Position numbers and translations under genes: made by a program
DNA from: Bicaudavirus pozzuoliense
DNA: 32,000 nucleotides
Sequence record: NC_007409.1
Strand: one strand, 5' to 3'
Part shown: positions 1-8,701 of the stretch, in pieces
How positions within the stretch are numbered: the first letter of the stretch is position 1
Layout: each line of letters opens with the position of its first letter
Notes under the pieces: generated by a model
What the model saw: the letters and a program-made list of their open reading frames with translations, nothing else
The model's database searches: none
What the model was told of the DNA's origin: nothing

Positions 1-3000
1 AGACGTAAAAATCAGCCCCACTTCTTTTGAGAAAACTATCAAAGGAGCTGAACTGAAGCCACCAGAGTTGCACGCTAAACTTAGCAGTTTCGATTATACA
101 GGCAAGGGAATCCTGGACGTTGAGCAGGATATAATTGACGCGATTAAAACAAGCAAGGATATTAGTTTGACATCCGATGGGAAGGGCGTAGCTATAACAA
201 CAGATAAAGCAACCACCATTGTACCAGTGAAGAAATATTTCGATGCTATTATGACGGGGTACGCAAAAGGAGACTTCTCAGATGTAAAGGTAGCAGAATT
301 GTTGAGTAAGGTGAATAGTTCTGACCTAGCCAGGTTGATGACTGATGATATAATCAAGAAGCTTAAGGACTATAAAGGATCGGGCGAACTGAAGATAGGC
401 GACTTGGTAATAGCTAAAGAAATCAAGGGCGATAAAACACTTTATTCGGTCGCAAAAATAGGCCCTGATGGAAAACCACAGTCGATAAACGTGGTATCGG
501 ATATAGACGACCCGATGTTTAGAGCAACTGTTTACAACAACTTACTAGATATGGTCAAGAACAAGACAGAATTCGATTATTTGGTTACTAACCTCAACAA
601 AATGAAGTCGTTAAGCCCAGATCTACAAACAACGTTAGACAGATTAACAGTAAAGCCCGGTGAGCGTTCTATATCTATAGAAGGATCAGGCGGTAAATAT
701 CTTAACGTCACAGAAAAGAGTTTGCCAGGTGGGAGCGAGATCCGTGCGGAGACAAACCTAGAGGGCGTGAAGGCAGTAGATGCTCTGGAAAAGGAGCTGG
801 ACGGGGAGAGGCAGGCTACATTGGAACAACTGCTGGAAAGTTACAAGAATGGTGGGTTCAGAGACGTCAAAGCTCTAGCTGATGCATTGGGTAAGATAGA
901 TAAGCTACCCGATACCCTCAAGGAAGCTCTGGCAAAGTACTTTGATAGAAAGATGGAAAATTCTAGCCTCGAAGAAGAAGTGGACTTGATCAAGGGATTG
1001 CCAAAAATGTACGAAGACCTTAAGACAAAAGTGATAGATCCCGTTGATACGTTCTTAAACAAACTAAAGGCTAAAGGGGCTCCAGAGAGCGAGATAGACG
1101 CATTAAGACAGCTGTTCTATAAGCGGGTGCTAAACGAAATAAACGCTGGCAGAAGCCTAGATACAATAGATCTTGCAAGTGCGTTTGTTAAGGCAAATGA
1201 AGTTCTCGATAAAGTAGATGATGTAGTCAAGGATCTGAAGGATAGGGGATTGCCGGATAATCTAGTTAATGATATAAAAGCATCAATGTTCAAACAAATT
1301 GAAAAAGACGTTCTATCAGGGAAGCCACTTGATATCAACCGTATTGAGTTCGATGTGTTAAGACAGAAAGAAGATGCAATCTTCAACTTCGTGTTGGATA
1401 AGTTTGGATTCGATAAGAACTTATTGAAGAACTTGACGCCAGATCAACTGGACCGATTCAAGACTAATGTTGTAGACCAGTTCCTATTGAAACACATAAC
1501 CGACAAGAATGACCTGATGGATGAGTACAATAATATTGTAAAAGGGCCGAGCAAAGTACAAAACACAACACAACCAAGTGCAACTCAAAATACGACAACA
1601 CAGCCTACAGCCCAAAACACGTCGCTACCGGGTGCAACTCAAAATACGACACTACCAACACCGAGCAAAGTACAAAACACAACACAACCAAGCACAACCC
1701 CAAATACGACACTATCAACTCCTAGCACAACCCCAAATACGACAACACAGCCCACAGTCCAAAATACGTCGCTACCAGGCGCAGTACAAAACATTACGCC
1801 AAAAGATCTGCAATCAATTGTTAAGGATCCCAAAGTCCTAGATGAAATAAATGCTACAGTCGAGAAGCTGAAGGATCTGGGTTTACCAGATAAGCTGGTC
1901 GATGACATAAAAGCATCGATATTCAAAAAAATTGAAAACGACGCTCTATCAGGGAAGCCAATTGATATTAACAACATTTGGACCAACATATTAATGCAGA
2001 AAGAAGATGCAATCTTCAACTTCGTGTTGGATAAGTTTGGATTCGATAAGAACTTATTGAAGAACCTAACGCCAGAACAGCTGGCCAAATTCAAGACTGA
2101 TGTTGTAACAGATTTCATGACGAACCGCATAGTCGATAAGACTGACTTGATGCAGACATACATGGATGTCAAAGCTACAGTAAAAGGGCCTGGCACAACC
2201 CAAAATACGACAACTCCGAGCGTAGCTCAAAACATTACGCTAAAAGATCTGCAATCAATTGTTAAGGATCCCAAAGTTCTCGAACAGGTAGATGCTACAA
2301 TCAAGAGACTGAAGGATCTGGGATTGCCAGACAAACTGGTCGATGACATAAAAGCATCAATGCTAGAGCAAATTAAAAAAGACGCTCTATCAGGAAAGCC
2401 AATTGATATTAACAACATTTGGACCAACATATTAATGCAGAAAGAAGATGCAATCTTCGACTTCGTGCTGGATAAGTTTGGGTTCGACAAGGACTTATTG
2501 AAGAACCTAACACCAGAACAGCTGGCCAAATTCAAGACTGATGTTGTAACAGATTTCATGACGAACCGCATAGTCGATAAGACTGACTTGATGCAGACAT
2601 ACATGGATGCTAAAACTTTAGTAAAAGGACCTAGCACAACCCAAAACACGACACAACCGAGCACGACCCCAAATATGACACCACCAAAAATCGAATTTAA
2701 GGATCAAAACGTAAAACCACCTGGAACTGGGGCAGGAACAGATGTCAATACGCCAGGATCTGGGTCGCAAACGGTCACATCAGGATCTGGGTTGCAATTA
2801 CTCGTGAAACCAAAAGAAATAGCCGCCCAAGAGGAGAAAATTAAGCTAAAAGATCTGCAATCAATTTTGCCTGAGGAGACGCTTGAACGTTTCGAGAAAT
2901 TGCCAGACAGTTTGAAAGAAAAAGTAATTGACGAAATAGAGACAAGATTGAGAGGGAAGAAAGTAGACGAAATTGAAGGAATTGTAAATGACGTCATAGA

Positions 3001-3892
3001 CAAATACGAGAAATTGTACGATTCGGCAGTAAAGGACGGCATGCTAAACGACTTGAAAAATCTAATAGATGCATACAGCAAGAAGGACAACAATGCGACG
3101 GAAGTGTTGACTGATGTAGGTAAGAGTCTTGAGGTACTAAAGGATCTCAATAAATCTGTCGGTACTTCTGTAGTAGAAGAAGCTAAGTATAATTCTACAC
3201 TTCAAACATACCTAGCCGGACTTGGGATTAAAGACCTAAATAATGTCTCCGACAAACAGCTCATCAAGATAGGTACAGATGTAACAAACACACTTTCAGA
3301 GAAATTCGGGACTCCTGTGGTTGTTCTCACACCAGAAGAAGCAAAAATTCTCGTGAAAGAATTAAACGATACATTAAACGACACTGGGCTAAACACTAAA
3401 TTTAAGATAGAAGAAGTTAAGCCTTTGCCAAAAACTTTGGAAGTTATACTAGCCACACTGGGGATCAAAAATGAGACTAAACAAAGAATACTTCTAAAGG
3501 AGCTTCAGAAGAAGTTGCCTAAAATTCGCATAACTGATCTAATAGTCATAAGCAGTAAGGGAACTATAACACCGATAACCTGGGACGATATCATGCCAAC
3601 ATATTACACTAATGTGCAAGGACAAACATTACCCATATATACCACACAGACAACTACCACACACCACATAACTCCTCCACCTCCTCCACCACCGCCACCT
3701 CCACCGCCACCACCAAAGACACAAACAATTACCACAACCACACAAATAACTCCACCTTCTCCGCCACCAACGCCTCCACCTCCTCCACCTCCACCAAAGT
3801 CACCAAAAATGCCAGCATCACTATCGCCGTCGTCTGGAAATGCCCCTAGCGAGGCAGAAGCAGAGCAGGCAGAACAGGTATTGCTAATCTAA
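1..3892 (+). CDS. Giant coiled-coil structural-type protein, C-terminal part; Thr/Pro-rich linkers, three related ~190-aa modules and C-terminal poly-proline tracts; probably the 3' portion of a much larger bicaudavirus ORF (ATV ORF1940-like)
   Basis: The frame of the listed ORF stays open upstream of the TTG at 68 (DVKISPTSFEKTIKGAELKPPE...) to the window edge. Repeated 'LPDKLVDDIKAS...DALSGKPIDINNIWTNILMQKEDAIF(N/D)FVLDKFGFDK' modules and PPPPPPP tracts. Confidence 0.85.
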   Translation, partial: DVKISPTSFEKTIKGAELKPPELHAKLSSFDYTGKGILDVEQDIIDAIKTSKDISLTSDGKGVAITTDKATTIVPVKKYFDAIMTGYAKGDFSDVKVAELLSKVNSSDLARLMTDDIIKKLKDYKGSGELKIGDLVIAKEIKGDKTLYSVAKIGPDGKPQSINVVSDIDDPMFRATVYNNLLDMVKNKTEFDYLVTNLNKMKSLSPDLQTTLDRLTVKPGERSISIEGSGGKYLNVTEKSLPGGSEIRAETNLEGVKAVDALEKELDGERQATLEQLLESYKNGGFRDVKALADALGKIDKLPDTLKEALAKYFDRKMENSSLEEEVDLIKGLPKMYEDLKTKVIDPVDTFLNKLKAKGAPESEIDALRQLFYKRVLNEINAGRSLDTIDLASAFVKANEVLDKVDDVVKDLKDRGLPDNLVNDIKASMFKQIEKDVLSGKPLDINRIEFDVLRQKEDAIFNFVLDKFGFDKNLLKNLTPDQLDRFKTNVVDQFLLKHITDKNDLMDEYNNIVKGPSKVQNTTQPSATQNTTTQPTAQNTSLPGATQNTTLPTPSKVQNTTQPSTTPNTTLSTPSTTPNTTTQPTVQNTSLPGAVQNITPKDLQSIVKDPKVLDEINATVEKLKDLGLPDKLVDDIKASIFKKIENDALSGKPIDINNIWTNILMQKEDAIFNFVLDKFGFDKNLLKNLTPEQLAKFKTDVVTDFMTNRIVDKTDLMQTYMDVKATVKGPGTTQNTTTPSVAQNITLKDLQSIVKDPKVLEQVDATIKRLKDLGLPDKLVDDIKASMLEQIKKDALSGKPIDINNIWTNILMQKEDAIFDFVLDKFGFDKDLLKNLTPEQLAKFKTDVVTDFMTNRIVDKTDLMQTYMDAKTLVKGPSTTQNTTQPSTTPNMTPPKIEFKDQNVKPPGTGAGTDVNTPGSGSQTVTSGSGLQLLVKPKEIAAQEEKIKLKDLQSILPEETLERFEKLPDSLKEKVIDEIETRLRGKKVDEIEGIVNDVIDKYEKLYDSAVKDGMLNDLKNLIDAYSKKDNNATEVLTDVGKSLEVLKDLNKSVGTSVVEEAKYNSTLQTYLAGLGIKDLNNVSDKQLIKIGTDVTNTLSEKFGTPVVVLTPEEAKILVKELNDTLNDTGLNTKFKIEEVKPLPKTLEVILATLGIKNETKQRILLKELQKKLPKIRITDLIVISSKGTITPITWDDIMPTYYTNVQGQTLPIYTTQTTTTHHITPPPPPPPPPPPPPPKTQTITTTTQITPPSPPPTPPPPPPPPKSPKMPASLSPSSGNAPSEAEAEQAEQVLLI

Positions 3893-3974
3893 AGGACTAG
3901 GTTTTTTCCTCATGTTGTTAGAACATTTAGCATTCGTTATTTCTTTTTTAATCTTTACGAGATAACCTCACCAC

Positions 3975-4379
3975 ATGGCTCAAGTAGAAAACGTGTCGTT
4001 ATCGCAAATCATTGCTAATCCATATTTACCACCTTTTTCAACCACATTATTCGAGATTGTTATATTCACTTTCATTATGATTACTCTCTATCTCATTTTT
4101 CGTGGATCTGGGCTAGTTAGGAGAAGGTTAGTACTCTTACTGATTGCGATTTATGTCATTGTGTTACAGCTGTTTTTTACGCCATATGAGTACACAACAG
4201 CCCGTCTACTACCTAATGGAACAGTGGATTATGTTGTGTACACATCGCAAGCGAACATTGTCATGGCGCTAGATGTTCTCGCTGGTCTCATGCTCATTTT
4301 GGCGGTCGTATATATCATTCTTGACTATCTAAGAGGGTTTGGCAAAGGCGATGAAGAAGAAGGAGTGATAGACTTGTAG
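3975..4379 (+). CDS. Small membrane protein, two or more predicted TM helices
   Basis: 134 aa ORF with TATA-like CTTTTTAAT ~25-30 nt upstream; hydrophobic segments [30 protein letters not shown] and [15 protein letters not shown]. Confidence 0.75.
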
Positions 4380-4444
4380 GAAGTCTCGCAGGTGGGGAGG
4401 AAGTCATTAATTGTTTTTTAAGTTGCTTTTACTTTCTGTCATGT

Positions 4445-5128
4445 ATGTTTGATGTTAAATCGATTAAAGTCCCATTACCACCAGAAGACCCAGACAAAAT
4501 TTTATTCCGGATTTTCACTTCGGACTTGCTCGATGGGGAAAGCCAGGTAGATGTTATGACACACAAAACATCTAATGCGAAATATCCAATGTTAGTATAT
4601 CTGAACGCTAATGAACTTGTTGCCAACGCACTGAGAGGTGGGCCAACCTCCGCTGGTTTTGCGTTAAGGCTTATAACGCCTCTTTTCGTCCCAGATTACC
4701 CCTTGGTGTTGGTACGCTCAATATTGTGCAGAGGTACAGTATGTGTTGGTGTTGATCATAAACTAAACGTGGAATTCCTGGAAACGTTCATTCAATCAGA
4801 TAAGCTACTTTATCTTGTTGCGCTAAATTATCTGGGCTATTCAGAAGATGGTGCGTTGTTTTTTGAGGATGTGAAAACCTATGAGCTAGATATTAGTAAT
4901 GAACAGCGGGAAGTGGCTAAACAATACCTAGAGGTAATGAAAAAAACAACGACCGATAAGATCAATAAAGCGTATGATGTTTATGCGAAGGAAAAAAGAC
5001 ATAGAGCAGGATATGGTTCACTCCTCGCAAAAATGGCTGAAAAACTAGGCACAAACATGGAAAGCTTGAGTTTGATTGGAGTTGAACCGTTCATGAGCTC
5101 AAAAAATGAGGGCACCAGCACGTCTTAA
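4445..5128 (+). CDS. Uncharacterised viral protein (227 aa)
   Basis: Long ORF, TATA-like TTTTTTAAG upstream, short gap to neighbouring ORFs. Confidence 0.75.
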
Positions 5129-5161
5129 TTGTTTTTTAAAAATCTTTTTCCATTTTCCATT

Positions 5162-6718
5162 ATGGGCGGTATTTGTAGGAAGGTCGTTCTCTCACCGACC
5201 TCGTTATTTATTCCCACTAATGGCGATACCATAACAGCTGACGGACAAGAGGTCTTGTTCGCATATCCTAATAATTGCTTATTCGTTAAGGATCTGACAA
5301 AAGTAGTGAGGAACAAAACGATTATACAGGAGAAGAAGTATGACGAGAATCACTATATCATATATTATGATAATAAGGAATTATTCTTGCCGAAACAAAT
5401 CTGGGAGCCAGTGAAATCTGCCGTTAATGCATTCATAGAGAAGGGATATCTTGATGGAGGAATTCTATTGTATGGAGCGCCAGGAATGGGGAAAAGTGAG
5501 TTGGCTAAGCTGATCAGTAAGTGGTTAGGAATCGGAATGATCCAAAAGAGAGCCGATGATATTATGTCTAAATATTTGGGTGAATCTGAACAAAATATGG
5601 CGAGACTCTTCAAGGAAGAAATCCCGCAAAATCTACCTACAATAGTGTTCATGGATGAGGTGGATTGGTTAGGAGTGAGAAGGAGATTTGGCTCAACGAC
5701 AGCTGATACTGCGAGCACTACGGTAGGCCAAATACTTACGGTATTCCTCCAACTATTTCAGGACGAAGTTATTGAGAAACGTTTGCCAGTTCTCTTCATT
5801 GCCACGACAAACGCCAGGCTAGAGGACCTGGATGACGCATTCAAAAGAAGATTCCCGTTTAAGATCTACTTCACACCACCTTCGCAGGAGATGATCGAGT
5901 ATTTTACTGATAAATACATTAAGAAGACTGGCAAGGATACGTTCGTCGTACACGGGAAACAGCTGTCTAAAAAGCAATTCGTTAACTTCATCGTTGGCAC
6001 TGGTATATCTATTGCTGAATTTAAGACGCTATTGGAGACACAGAGTTTCGACTCAATATCCAGCTCTTCAACGTACTTAAGAAGAGTGATACCGGCTGAT
6101 ATTCCAGAAAAAGTTTTCGACGCAACCAGGGTGAAACTTAACGGGTATATTTCGTTTAATTGTGATGATTTTAATGGAAGGACGAAGTTCCACGTGGCGA
6201 GCTTCCCATGGATAAGTTGGGCCATTCTAGGTAGTTATATAATGTTGCAATGCAAGAAGCCGATTTTCGAGTTGTTGCCCACGGATAATCTGAGCGTTGA
6301 GGAGTTGGTGAGCGGGTTAAAACAATATGAACCGACGTTCTTTCTAATGTTCAGTTCTAGCCGTGACGATTACAGGCTTGCAATTCTCGCATCTAGATTG
6401 AAAAGAGAAAGGGGAATTGATGTTGTGTTCTTTTCTGAGGACAATAAGTTATTCCCTGAGTCAGTTATGCTAACTCCCTACTACGATATCTCAAACATTT
6501 CGTTTGTGAATGAGGAAGAGAAAAAACAGCTGATCGATACGGTGATTCATTTTTATGGTGTTGAAGCAAAGCCTGACGAACTTAACATTCTAATTTCTAG
6601 CAGAATAAAGGGAGGAAATTCAACGAGTGATTTCTTGAACAGCCTCCAGACGTACATCTTAGCTAAGAGCAAAATAACGGATACAGAAAAAGTAAAAGAC
6701 GTGGTAAAGCTGTACTAG
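5162..6718 (+). CDS. AAA+ ATPase (Cdc48/FtsH-like AAA domain), ATV ORF529-like; start probably ATG 5162 rather than TTG 5129
   Basis: Walker A GAPGMGKSE, Walker B TIVFMDEVDW, sensor-1 ATTNARLEDLDDAF and RR finger. A TATA-like TTTTTTAAAA at 5132-5141 lies inside the annotated 5' end. Confidence 0.88.
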   Translation: MGGICRKVVLSPTSLFIPTNGDTITADGQEVLFAYPNNCLFVKDLTKVVRNKTIIQEKKYDENHYIIYYDNKELFLPKQIWEPVKSAVNAFIEKGYLDGGILLYGAPGMGKSELAKLISKWLGIGMIQKRADDIMSKYLGESEQNMARLFKEEIPQNLPTIVFMDEVDWLGVRRRFGSTTADTASTTVGQILTVFLQLFQDEVIEKRLPVLFIATTNARLEDLDDAFKRRFPFKIYFTPPSQEMIEYFTDKYIKKTGKDTFVVHGKQLSKKQFVNFIVGTGISIAEFKTLLETQSFDSISSSSTYLRRVIPADIPEKVFDATRVKLNGYISFNCDDFNGRTKFHVASFPWISWAILGSYIMLQCKKPIFELLPTDNLSVEELVSGLKQYEPTFFLMFSSSRDDYRLAILASRLKRERGIDVVFFSEDNKLFPESVMLTPYYDISNISFVNEEEKKQLIDTVIHFYGVEAKPDELNILISSRIKGGNSTSDFLNSLQTYILAKSKITDTEKVKDVVKLY

Positions 6719-6738
6719 ACAGACAGAAGCAAGCGAAA

Positions 6739-6900
6739 AACTTTTATACCCCGCCCGCTAAAATAGCATTCAGTGGGGCGCGCCGACAGCTGTACTGTAA
6801 CGACACAAAGAAACTAAAACAGCCTTCTTATATGTGCCCCCACCCCACGTGGGGCTCGCTCTAACTTGTAACAACTTAAAGAAACTAAATTTGTCGTTTA
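6739..6900 (+). promoter_or_regulatory. Promoter-like element and GC-rich palindromic intergenic region between convergent genes; possible small RNA or replication-related region
   Basis: GCGAAAAACTTTTATACC TATA-like element, GTGGGGCGCGCC, ACAGCTGT at 6786-6793, perfect palindrome CCCCACGTGGGG at 6843-6854, and an imperfect direct repeat TGTAAC(G/A)AC(A/T)(C/T)AAAGAAACTAAA at 6796-6818 and 6867-6889. Confidence 0.45.
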
Positions 6901-6945
6901 TTTTCCTCCTATTTCTCTTGAATTTTTAACCAATAAGTTTCCGTT

Positions 6946-7815
6946 TTAACTAGTTCTCAAAGCAATCGCTGTGTACAAGCCCCTTAGCTTCATATAGATT
7001 TGGTATGCAGTGTCATCAATGTGTCTTGGTAAGTTGACTTCGTGCGCGTTCTGTGCAACCTCCAGAAAGTCTAGAGGAGTTCTTAAGTTTTTCTCTATGT
7101 CGTCCCTTAATTTCAGCCTTCTTGTTATCTTCTTCCCTCGGAGTGGTTGTATTTCCTCTTCATATACTCTGGCCTTGCTAACAAGTTCGTTTTGTTTCTC
7201 TATAATTATCTTGTATTGTTTTGGTTGTCTTATGACAATTCCGCTCAATTCCTCCTCATTCGGCGTTGTTAAAATGATGTTAGAGACAGCTGTTCTTATC
7301 ACTTGCAGGAGCCTCTGAATCGTTTGCATTCTCCCCGTTTGCCTCCTGTATGCCAATCCCTTGCTAAAGAATAAACCGGCATCATCAACAACAATAAGAG
7401 GGATTGTAATTGAGTTTGCCTCTGCCACCAGAATTATTTGCCTTAGTTGGAATGGATCAATCACCACGTGTTTTAATGCATCATGCCAATTTCCATAGAT
7501 TGCCCTCGCTACCCATAAAGCGAATGAGGATTTTCCGGCGCCTTGTTGGCCTTCTACAATAAACTGATTGAATAAGCCACCACGAAAGGCCTCATAAACC
7601 ATTTCAGAGAAATAAGCTATTCCTCTGCCAGTCCTATACTGTTGTGGGAAATTTTCAGGGTATTCTGTTTTATCGTAACGACCAAGCTTAATTTGTTCAT
7701 ATTTTTCCCTCATCAACGGAATATAAACGTCATATGGCGCCGATATTATATTTTCCTGGTCACTTGCGTTCTCATTAATTTCAAAAAAGTTTAGTATCCT
7801 TACCATTCCCTTCAC
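6946..7815 (-). CDS. P-loop ATPase (289 aa)
   Basis: Walker A VEGQQGAGKSSFALW and Walker B-like PLIVVDDAG, followed by TTPNEEELSG sensor-like motif. Confidence 0.8.
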   Translation of the reverse strand: MKGMVRILNFFEINENASDQENIISAPYDVYIPLMREKYEQIKLGRYDKTEYPENFPQQYRTGRGIAYFSEMVYEAFRGGLFNQFIVEGQQGAGKSSFALWVARAIYGNWHDALKHVVIDPFQLRQIILVAEANSITIPLIVVDDAGLFFSKGLAYRRQTGRMQTIQRLLQVIRTAVSNIILTTPNEEELSGIVIRQPKQYKIIIEKQNELVSKARVYEEEIQPLRGKKITRRLKLRDDIEKNLRTPLDFLEVAQNAHEVNLPRHIDDTAYQIYMKLRGLYTAIALRTS

Positions 7816-8645
7816 TTCGTTGGTGGTGGTGGGAAGTGCACTATTCCAGTTCCAATTAATACCATGAATATTAGGAATACGGCGATTAACATTAGTATTA
7901 GCGTCAACCTGGTGTTAAGCCTCAAGCCTAATACTCTGGCACTTATTTCCATTAGTTTTGTGAGATTCTCGTTAATCTCCTTGATCGTGATGATGCTGTT
8001 TTCAATGGGCGACCACAATCTCTTGATCGTAACGGACGCTATAGCTTCTGGCGAAGCAAGAATGGTCAATTTTTTCGTGGGCGTGATGTAGTATGTCGAT
8101 GTGACATCGCCAGTTATCTTGCTTAGTATTTCGATTAGCCTTGGGTCGTCTATGCTTATATTATCGTATTTCACGCCCGTCTCTAAGTCTTCAAACTTAG
8201 CTAGGTACTTTATAGTGTTCCCAGCGATTGCGAAGTATACTGGGTAACTTATATTCCCCACCTTTATCTGCAAAGGCTTAGTCTTAGGATCTATCACGCT
8301 GAAGTTAGTCTCGCCATTCTCATTCAAATAGATGAGAACGTTACCAACTTTTTGAAATACTGGATAGATTTTGATCCTCTGGTCAGTTGTATCAATATAG
8401 AAGACTAGAGCAATTGCCTTTTTCTTCCTTATGTGCTTGGATATAGCTGACATAACTCCTAAATATGGGTCTGGCTGTTTTTTCGACGTTCTGCTCAACA
8501 GGAAAATCAACAGCAAAGCTATGAATACAGAAACCAATATTATTGGAATAAGATTTGTTACAGGGAGAAGTGTGGTCGTCGTCGTAGTAGTAGGATGTGG
8601 TTGCACAGAATTAGTGAGCGTTGGAGGCGGAGATGTAGTGACCAT
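7812..8645 (-). CDS. Membrane-anchored protein (277 aa), two hydrophobic helices
   Basis: LIPIILVSVFIALLLIFLLS near the N-terminus and LTLILMLIAVFLIFMVLIGTGIV near the C-terminus; TATA TTTTTAAAC immediately downstream of ACAGCTGT in the promoter. Confidence 0.75.
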   Translation of the reverse strand: MVTTSPPPTLTNSVQPHPTTTTTTTLLPVTNLIPIILVSVFIALLLIFLLSRTSKKQPDPYLGVMSAISKHIRKKKAIALVFYIDTTDQRIKIYPVFQKVGNVLIYLNENGETNFSVIDPKTKPLQIKVGNISYPVYFAIAGNTIKYLAKFEDLETGVKYDNISIDDPRLIEILSKITGDVTSTYYITPTKKLTILASPEAIASVTIKRLWSPIENSIITIKEINENLTKLMEISARVLGLRLNTRLTLILMLIAVFLIFMVLIGTGIVHFPPPPTK

Positions 8646-8691
8646 GAGTTTGAAAAGTGAAAAAGAGGTAAAAAACCAAAGTTTAAAAAGA

Positions 8692-8699
8692 ACAGCTGT
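8692..8699. repeat. Representative intergenic copy of dispersed palindrome ACAGCTGT (24 exact copies in window)
   Basis: Copies begin at 1108, 4166, 5959, 6786, 7286, 8692, 9673, 10711, 12017, 13266, 14293, 15866, 16295, 17619, 19957, 20711, 22455, 23786, 26250, 26778, 27845, 29090, 30770, 31543; truncated copy at 31995. Confidence 0.9.
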
Positions 8700-8701
8700 T
8701 T

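Noticed and set aside
1555-1800. Short direct repeats (CAACACAACC.., CCAAATACGAC..) resembling a CRISPR-like array
   Set aside because: In-frame codon repeats for Thr/Gln/Pro/Asn linkers without uniform spacers.
2077-2525. ACAGCTGG at 2077 and 2518 as members of the octamer family
   Set aside because: One-base mismatch and part of the duplicated module (EQLAKF); not counted with the exact copies.
1578-2664. Antisense ORFs of 145 and 185 aa and the +2 ORF of 87 aa in the giant protein gene
   Set aside because: Near-identical to each other only because the host gene has duplicated modules; no ribosome or promoter signals.
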